A stretch of 64,000 bases of DNA from Patescibacteria group bacterium. Lineage in GTDB: Bacteria > Patescibacteriota > JABMPQ01. Below the pieces are notes generated by a model that worked only from the letters and a program-made list of their open reading frames with translations, was not told the origin of the DNA and made no database searches. The translations under genes and the position numbers were made by a program. Shown piece by piece: positions 57,683 to 64,000 of the stretch (position 1 is its first letter; every line of letters starts with the position of its first letter). Location: NCBI GenBank assembly GCA_041749335.1, contig JBGTBM010000009.1, forward strand, positions 64,179-128,178, given 5' to 3'.

Positions 57683-59062
57683 TTACGCCGCGCCTTTTCC
57701 GGAAAAAACTATTCTAACTGTTCGAAACAAAATTTGTAAATCAAGTTTTAAACTCCAATTCTCAATATAGTAAGTATCAAGCTTAACTTCCTCGTCAAAA
57801 GTAAGATCGGAAGCGCCACTTACTTGTGCCATACCGGACATTCCAGGCTTAATGGTTAAAACCTTTTTCTGATGCTTCTGATATTGCAAAACTTCTTCCG
57901 GTTCATGCGGCCTAGGGCCGATTAAACTCATATCGTCAGCAAGTACATTAAAAAGTTGCGGAAGTTCGTCAATCCTTGTTTTTCTCAAAATCTTGCCGAT
58001 GCGTGTAATACGAGGATCGTCTTTCATTTTAAATAACGGCCCTTTCCGCTCACTGAACTTTAGTAAATCTTTTTTCATAGCATGGGCATTTTTGACCATT
58101 GATCTAAACTTAAACATCTTAAATTCACCATCCCGGCCCACCCTAGTTAGCTTTACAAATACCGGCCCCCTGGAATCTATTTTTATAATTATGGCAACTA
58201 ACAAAAATAAAGGTAAAAGGAAAATTATACCAACGATTGATTCGAAAATATCAATCGTTCTTTTAATAATTTTTCCCCATCCGTCCAACGGAGTTCTTTT
58301 TAGCTCCACCATCGGTATTCCTGCTACCGCACGCACTTCAATATTGGTAGCTTGAGTACCAAATAAATCCGGAATATATTTTATGTCAATCCTTCGATCA
58401 TCAGCAAAATCAATTAAATCTAAAAATTTTTCCTTGGCAATCGAAGGATCCGTTTGAACTATTTCATCTATGCCATACCTTTTAGCAATCTTATCTAGCT
58501 TTTCAAAAGTTTCTTCATTGATATTTTCTATCTTGGCAACAATGGCATACCCCGACAAGGGCTGATTATAAGTTTGAATGATATTTTTTGCCGTCGATGT
58601 ATTTCCGATTAAAACAACACGATGGACTCCATATCCATATTTATATAATTTTCTTTGTATATATCTAATTAAAAATCTTCCGATAATTACCAAAAATATT
58701 GCCAAAATCCAGCTGGCAATAACTATAAAACGGGAAGAAAAGCTTTCCGCTCTCAAAAAAATATAAATAGTAATCCCGACAATTCCCGTAGAAACCCCGA
58801 CGAACGAACCATAGATATCATCAATTACTCGCCTTTTTTTAATATTATATAATCCCAGTAAGCTAAATATTATTAAAAATAACGGGGTAATTATTAATAA
58901 TAGAATAAGGAATTTTTTGAAAGGCAAATCAAAAAGAATCGGCCTTAATTCGACAACAGTGCCGGTAAATCTAATAAAATATGCCAAAATTGCTGCGCTT
59001 AAAATCATAATAAAATCCATCGGCAGCAACAACGCGGTAAATATTAATTCGGATTTTTTCAT
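57683..59062 (-). CDS. Polyprenyl-phosphate hexose-1-phosphate transferase (WcaJ/WbaP type)
   Basis: N-terminal TMs; IKRTIDI, FKFRSM, DPRITRIG, IDELPQLFNVL, GPRP, KPG, YIENWSLKLD. Start placed at ATG 59062 because the TTG at 59089 lies inside rnpB. Confidence 0.95.
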   Translation of the reverse strand: MKKSELIFTALLLPMDFIMILSAAILAYFIRFTGTVVELRPILFDLPFKKFLILLLIITPLFLIIFSLLGLYNIKKRRVIDDIYGSFVGVSTGIVGITIYIFLRAESFSSRFIVIASWILAIFLVIIGRFLIRYIQRKLYKYGYGVHRVVLIGNTSTAKNIIQTYNQPLSGYAIVAKIENINEETFEKLDKIAKRYGIDEIVQTDPSIAKEKFLDLIDFADDRRIDIKYIPDLFGTQATNIEVRAVAGIPMVELKRTPLDGWGKIIKRTIDIFESIVGIIFLLPLFLLVAIIIKIDSRGPVFVKLTRVGRDGEFKMFKFRSMVKNAHAMKKDLLKFSERKGPLFKMKDDPRITRIGKILRKTRIDELPQLFNVLADDMSLIGPRPHEPEEVLQYQKHQKKVLTIKPGMSGMAQVSGASDLTFDEEVKLDTYYIENWSLKLDLQILFRTVRIVFSGKGAA

Positions 59063-59083
59063 TTTATATTTTATTAACTTAAA

Positions 59084-59476
59084 GCCCAAGTAAATAATAA
59101 GCCGAATTTTGTTATCATTCGCTTTTACGCGAATTCAGATAGCTATCTATCTAGCCTCACCATTGCTGATGAGATCATGCCCCTATATTTGGGTTGCACC
59201 AGGTGGGGTTTACCACGCTTTCATGTCACCATGAAGCGAAAGATGTAGTTTGTACAATCAAACGTCATCTAACTTTTCACCTTTTTCCCATAATGAAATG
59301 GGATAGTATTGTCTCTGTGGCACTTTCCCTAAGATTCGAAATAATCACAAGTCTGCAGGACTTCTGATAATCTCTTCTCTCGGTTGACGTTATCAACCAC
59401 CTATAATCATTATTGATTAGTGTTCGGACTTTCCTCTCCGATATTAAATCGGAGCAACTATCTAATTTACTTGGGC
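59084..59476 (-). ncRNA. rnpB: RNase P RNA
   Basis: On - strand, GAGGAAAGTCCG near the 5' end and ACAAAATTCGGCTTA near the 3' end (P4 halves); terminal P1 pairing GCCCAAGTAAAT/ATTTACTTGGGC; ~390 nt. Confidence 0.93.
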
Positions 59477-59507
59477 GTTTATATAATAACTAATTACTTT
59501 AATTTTG

Positions 59508-59933
59508 TCAATATATAATACTTTGTCTCCTTGTCTTATTTAAGGCTTCATTTACAAGCAAATCTGCTTCTTTATTATTTTCTCGCCTCACATGGATGAA
59601 TTTAATATCATCAAACTGCTTTGCCAAGCCTGACGCGATTTCATAAAGAGAATAAATATTTTTATTTTTTACTCGATATTCTCCCCGCATTTGTTTTGTT
59701 ACCAATTCGCTATCCAAATAAAAATTAACCCTCTTGGCCTTTAAATTCAAGGCTTCATTTAAACCAAAAATTAAAGCGTGATATTCGGCTTGATTATTTG
59801 TTTGTTTTCCAATATATTCCGATTTCTTTAAAACAATATCCCCATCTTCATTATAAATTACAACTCCAATTCCTGCCGGACCGGGGTTTCCTCTTGCTCC
59901 CCCATCAGTATATATAATATATTTATTATTCAT
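59508..59933 (-). CDS. rnhA: Ribonuclease HI (archaeal/actinobacterial-type)
   Basis: YTDGGARGNPGPAG, TNNQAEY, DSELV..Q..G.Y.VK, HVRRENNKEAD. Confidence 0.95.
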   Translation of the reverse strand: MNNKYIIYTDGGARGNPGPAGIGVVIYNEDGDIVLKKSEYIGKQTNNQAEYHALIFGLNEALNLKAKRVNFYLDSELVTKQMRGEYRVKNKNIYSLYEIASGLAKQFDDIKFIHVRRENNKEADLLVNEALNKTRRQSIIY

Positions 59934-61659
59934 GTAATTTTTTTATTCTAATATCTTTAACAATCAATTGCATTTTTTTATAGCCATTCCACTGGTTTTG
60001 ATTGATTTCGGCTATAAAATCAATTATATCACCTTCTTTTAAATTATTTAAATTGTTTTTAAAATTAAAACAAATGACTTCCAAATTATTAACATTATTT
60101 ACTATTTCAATTTTAAAATGTTTTTTTTCTTTTCCCAAAGCTGATATTGCCTCGAACCTTACATTCGTAAATTTAAATAAAGGCCTTTCGTTATTTATGC
60201 CAAACGGTTCAAATTTAATTAATTCATTATATAAATCCCAATTAACTTGATTGACATCTAATTCCATATCAATCTTGGTAATTGGAGTTAAATCTTCATC
60301 TTTAATATCATTTCCGGCAATTTCTATCATATTAGCGAAAAATTTATTTAAATTATTATTGGCAACAGTAAATCCAGCTGCTTTTTTATGGCCCCCATAT
60401 TCCAAAAGAATTGCCTTATTTTTAGCAATAGCCTCAATAAGATTAAAAGCGTCAATACCGCGCGCAGAACCCACGGTTTGATCTTTCCCCTGGCCGGCAA
60501 TCATTACCGGACGGTTATATTCTTCAGAGATCTTTCCTGCAACTATCCCTAGAACGCCCAACGGCCAATCATCGCCTACGGCAATTAAGATTTTATTTTT
60601 CTTACTTATATCCCCAATAACATTCTTGGCTTTAATAGATATCTCTTCGGTTAGTTTTTGCCTGGTAATATTCGACTCATTAATTTTTTTGGCTAAAGCT
60701 TGGGCTTCTTGGTCTTTATTTGTCGCCAATAATTTATATGCGGTATTAGCATGATCCAGTCTTCCGGCAGAATTTATTCTAGGAGCAATAACAAAACCTA
60801 TTGCATAGGTATTTATTTTTGTTTTATCTAATCCGGCAATATCAAATAAAGTCTGAAGGCCTTTTCTACTATTATATTTTAGTACTTCAATGCCATATTT
60901 CACTAAAGCTCGATTTTCCGAAATAATCGGCGAACAGTCCGCAATCGTACCGATAGCGACTAAATCTAAAAAATTTTTTTCAAACACAGAATCTGTTTTT
61001 ACAGATTTAAAAGATTTAATATTATTAATAATAGCCTGTGCCAATTTATAAGCCACGCCCACTCCGGCTAATTCTTTAAAAGGATATTGATCCCCTTTTT
61101 GTTTTGGATTTATTACAATATAATCATGGGAAAATTCATGTGGCAGGCTATGATGATCAGTAACAATCACATCAATGCCTAAATTACGCGCATAATCTAT
61201 TTCTGCTTTATTTGATACTCCGCAATCACATGTAATAATCAATTTTATATTTTTTTTATTTAGCCAATCAACGGCGGCTTTATTCATGCCGTATCCTTCA
61301 GTCAAACGATCCGGAATATATACCTGCCCCTTTAAACCTAAAATATCTCGAAATAATTCCATTAACAGCACAGATGATGTAACCCCATCAGCATCGTAAT
61401 CCCCGAAAATTGCGACTCTTTCATTAAATTTATATGCCTTCAAAATACGTTCAAGAGCTCTATCCATGCCTTTAAGCAACATGGGATTGAATATATCCTG
61501 TTGATAGTCGGGATTAAAAAATTCATCGATTTTATTCTGCGCATTAATACCGCGATTATATAAAAGTTGTAAAATTACATAAGAAAATTCAGGATATTCT
61601 TGAATAAATTCCTTGGGAGCTTTTGGGGAAACTTGCCATTTTTTATTTAATACAGACAC
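59926..61659 (-). CDS. recJ: ssDNA-specific exonuclease RecJ
   Basis: GDYDADG, PDRLTEGYG, TCDCG, TDHH, GTIAD, PRINSAGR, GSAR, GGHKKAAG. Confidence 0.97.
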   Translation of the reverse strand: MSVLNKKWQVSPKAPKEFIQEYPEFSYVILQLLYNRGINAQNKIDEFFNPDYQQDIFNPMLLKGMDRALERILKAYKFNERVAIFGDYDADGVTSSVLLMELFRDILGLKGQVYIPDRLTEGYGMNKAAVDWLNKKNIKLIITCDCGVSNKAEIDYARNLGIDVIVTDHHSLPHEFSHDYIVINPKQKGDQYPFKELAGVGVAYKLAQAIINNIKSFKSVKTDSVFEKNFLDLVAIGTIADCSPIISENRALVKYGIEVLKYNSRKGLQTLFDIAGLDKTKINTYAIGFVIAPRINSAGRLDHANTAYKLLATNKDQEAQALAKKINESNITRQKLTEEISIKAKNVIGDISKKNKILIAVGDDWPLGVLGIVAGKISEEYNRPVMIAGQGKDQTVGSARGIDAFNLIEAIAKNKAILLEYGGHKKAAGFTVANNNLNKFFANMIEIAGNDIKDEDLTPITKIDMELDVNQVNWDLYNELIKFEPFGINNERPLFKFTNVRFEAISALGKEKKHFKIEIVNNVNNLEVICFNFKNNLNNLKEGDIIDFIAEINQNQWNGYKKMQLIVKDIRIKKLHE

Positions 61660-61804
61660 ATATGTAAATTAATAACCTACTAATCCAGTTTAACATATAA
61701 ATTATTAAATATGTTGTTAATAAATATTATTATAGTTAGTAAATTTTATAAAAATTACCATTTATGCTAAATTAATTAAAACTAACCTAACTAACATGCC
61801 ATAA

Positions 61805-63715
61805 GTGAAAAATAAATTTAAAAATATCATCATAATTTTACTGGTAATTATAGTTTTTTGGATTTTATATTTTTATGCTGGACATTTAATTTTGAAATTA
61901 ATAAATCCACAAATATTTACCTCGGAAAATATAAATAATTTAGATGGAAAAATCTTAACATTTTTACTTACTTCTTTTTTTTATTATTTAATCTATCAAA
62001 TATTTAGGTTTTTACTTAGGAAAGACAAGGCTTCCGATAAATTAAAAATTTTAAAAAAGGGATCGATATTTAAGTTCGATTTTTTAATCGCGACTATATT
62101 TTATATTGTTTGTACGTTAATTTTCTTTTATCCAATTCTTAGACTATTGATAAATTATCTAATTGGACCGCCTGAAGACAATATGCAAGGTTTATGGAAT
62201 ATTTGGTGGGGATATCGGGTATTTGAAAACGGCAATCTAAACTTTTCTTATACTAATTATTTATTTTATCCGGAAGGCACTTCACTTATTTATCATGATT
62301 TTTCTTTTTTGAATTATTTCATATCTTTATTGCTTAAGCCGATTGGAAATCTGGTCTTAATTTATAATATTTTAATATTGATTTCATTTCCGTTGGCAGG
62401 ATTATTTATGTTTTTTTTAGTTAAATATCTAACTAAAAATTCCTATGCAAGCATAATTGGCGGCTTCATTTTTGCATTTTCTCCATACCATGTTGCTCAC
62501 TCTCTACATCATTTAAATTTAGCTGCAATTTATTTTATTCCTTTATTTATTTTATTTTTTTTAAAAGCAATCAAAGAAAAGAGTAAAATAAATATCTTTG
62601 GAGCATCGCTATTTTTTCTTTTATGCGCTCTCTCTCACTGGAACTATTTTATTTTTAATATTTTTTTTATTGCTTTGAGCTATATTTATCTTGCATATTC
62701 AAACAAAAAAGTATTTATCTCAAAAATAATTTTGCGAATTTTAATTATTTTAGGTATGGCTTTATTTATTCTCTCTCCACTAATCTTGTCTATGATAATA
62801 CTCGGCTGGGACAATCCGGATATCCAAATTAATATCGATGGACACAATAAGCACGTTGTAGATATTGGCTCTTTATTAATACCTCACTCCTATCATATTT
62901 TTTCAGACTTAGATTTTTTTATTGATGCAAGAAATGAATTTACGGGATTCATATGGGAAACTGCTTCATATATCGGAATTATAATCCTGTTTTTATTACT
63001 TATATTTTTTCGAAAAATTGTTAAAAATACCGCGAAATACTTTGCGGGTATGGTCAGTTTCCTAATTTTAGCAAGCGGAACGCAAATACATTATTTTGGC
63101 AAAGAAATTCCGATTTTGCTGCCCTATGAATTAATAAAAAATATCCCCTTTTTAGCAAGCGCAAGAATTCCCGCCAGAAATATTGTTATTGTTTATTTAT
63201 TTTTAGCCATTATCATCGCCTTTATTATCAAATATTTATTTGATAATAATAAATCTTATAAAAAATTTATTTTATTATTTTCAATAATTACTTTATTAAT
63301 AATTTTTGATTATTTTGCTCCTATTAAAGAGAGAACAAACATTTTTTTACCGCAATGTTATGACAAAATCAAAGATTCCGATAAGGATTCTGGCATATTA
63401 AATCTTCCTCTAGACGACAGAAACCTGCCATTTAATTATGATACCAGGTTTATGCTTCACCAAACATATCATGAATTACCGATAGCCAATGGCTATATTT
63501 CACGCGAAAACGGTTCCACTCTTGTTGACAATCTGGAATTAAATAAATTTTTAAAACAAAAAAAACAACTCGCTGATAATCATATCAAATATATTGTTGT
63601 CCATAAAAATTTCCCCACTGCAAAATATCTAGATATCGCTGAATATAAAAAACACTATCAACTTATATGCGATGATAGCGAAAATATGATATTTGAAATT
63701 TTAGCTGATAGTTAA
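61805..63715 (+). CDS. Polytopic membrane protein, GT-C/YfhO-like glycosyltransferase
   Basis: About 13 TMs; LWNIWW, LFYPEG.SL, GGFIFAFSPYH, ARIPAR, QTYHELPIANGYISR. Confidence 0.7.
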   Translation: MKNKFKNIIIILLVIIVFWILYFYAGHLILKLINPQIFTSENINNLDGKILTFLLTSFFYYLIYQIFRFLLRKDKASDKLKILKKGSIFKFDFLIATIFYIVCTLIFFYPILRLLINYLIGPPEDNMQGLWNIWWGYRVFENGNLNFSYTNYLFYPEGTSLIYHDFSFLNYFISLLLKPIGNLVLIYNILILISFPLAGLFMFFLVKYLTKNSYASIIGGFIFAFSPYHVAHSLHHLNLAAIYFIPLFILFFLKAIKEKSKINIFGASLFFLLCALSHWNYFIFNIFFIALSYIYLAYSNKKVFISKIILRILIILGMALFILSPLILSMIILGWDNPDIQINIDGHNKHVVDIGSLLIPHSYHIFSDLDFFIDARNEFTGFIWETASYIGIIILFLLLIFFRKIVKNTAKYFAGMVSFLILASGTQIHYFGKEIPILLPYELIKNIPFLASARIPARNIVIVYLFLAIIIAFIIKYLFDNNKSYKKFILLFSIITLLIIFDYFAPIKERTNIFLPQCYDKIKDSDKDSGILNLPLDDRNLPFNYDTRFMLHQTYHELPIANGYISRENGSTLVDNLELNKFLKQKKQLADNHIKYIVVHKNFPTAKYLDIAEYKKHYQLICDDSENMIFEILADS

Positions 63716-64000
63716 ATAATTAGTTCTCCCCGATCGCCGTTTTCAATATTTCCTGCGTTAGCCTCATCTGTATCTATTTGGAAAGAAAGACGGAAGCCAG
63801 GCTTAACCCTTATCGCCACATTATTAAATACTAAACTTCTATCTCCCATAATTTTAACTGAAGCGTTTTGTTTGTTTTTAACTTGGTAATTTTTAGCATC
63901 TTGCTCTGACATATGTATATGTCTTTTAGCTATGATCAAGCCTTTTAATAAATTAACTTCTCCTTTTGGACCAATTATTTTTATTCCGGGGGTGCGCTCA
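63712..64000 (-). CDS. pduL: PduL-family phosphate acyltransferase (3' part; runs off window end)
   Basis: Frame extends past the ORF-track start: TPGIKIIGPKGEV..GLIIAKRHIHM...RSLVFNNV.IRV...IDTDEANA. Confidence 0.88.
   Translation of the reverse strand, partial: ERTPGIKIIGPKGEVNLLKGLIIAKRHIHMSEQDAKNYQVKNKQNASVKIMGDRSLVFNNVAIRVKPGFRLSFQIDTDEANAGNIENGDRGELII

Noticed and set aside
59063-59089. TTG start extending the sugar transferase
   Set aside because: Overlaps the 3' strand of the RNase P P1 helix; ATG at 59062 preferred.
1556-60481. Many 60-150 aa ORFs in the track overlapping called genes (e.g. 13142..13516, 33031..33492, 43018..43377, 57993..58355)
   Set aside because: Antisense or off-frame shadows of conserved genes, with no recognisable domains.
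1-64000. CRISPR array, cas genes, transposases, integrases, prophage genes
   Set aside because: No regularly spaced direct repeats or such proteins were seen by eye.
1-64000. Alternative genetic code (TGA=Gly as in Gracilibacteria/Absconditabacteria) or selenocysteine in the hydrogenase
   Set aside because: Conserved genes are full length under code 11, TGA ends genes at expected positions (e.g. 23518, 24260), and both hydrogenase CxxC motifs use Cys.

Overview
AT-rich bacterial chromosome segment with almost every gene on the - strand. It uses the standard code (TGA acts as stop) and has few Shine-Dalgarno motifs. Gene content and style suggest a CPR/Patescibacteria (Parcubacteria-like) genome; this is an inference. 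In order it holds: secA (partial), raiA, a cell-wall cluster (murB, a MurG-MurC fusion, ftsW, a divergent murD, murI, mraY, a D,D-carboxypeptidase), and ferredoxin-rtcB-archease. Next come a non-oxidative pentose-phosphate operon with an unknown His-rich gene, a group 3b-like [NiFe]-hydrogenase operon, and a Gld-type ABC transporter. Then a presenilin-like GxGD protease beside a PEF-CTERM-like surface protein, three PEP-utiliser His-domain proteins with a histidine phosphatase, LOG/PRTase/baeRF, tRNA-Thr(CGT), prsA, ftsB-like and lepA. The window ends with a polysaccharide locus, rnpB, rnhA, recJ, a GT-C-like membrane protein and pduL (partial). Best candidates for undescribed systems: (1) the presenilin-type protease paired with a type-I, VPEF-anchored repeat protein, a possible new sorting/shedding system; (2) a hydrogenase with a stripped-down maturation kit: Cys-free HypA, His-less HypC, no C-terminal extension, no hypBDEF in the operon, and a DUF6390-like protein with an apparent internal HypC-like domain; (3) the triple His-swivel phosphotransferase plus phosphatase cassette that lacks any ATP-grasp domain. 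All family assignments come from motif recognition by eye; no searches were run.
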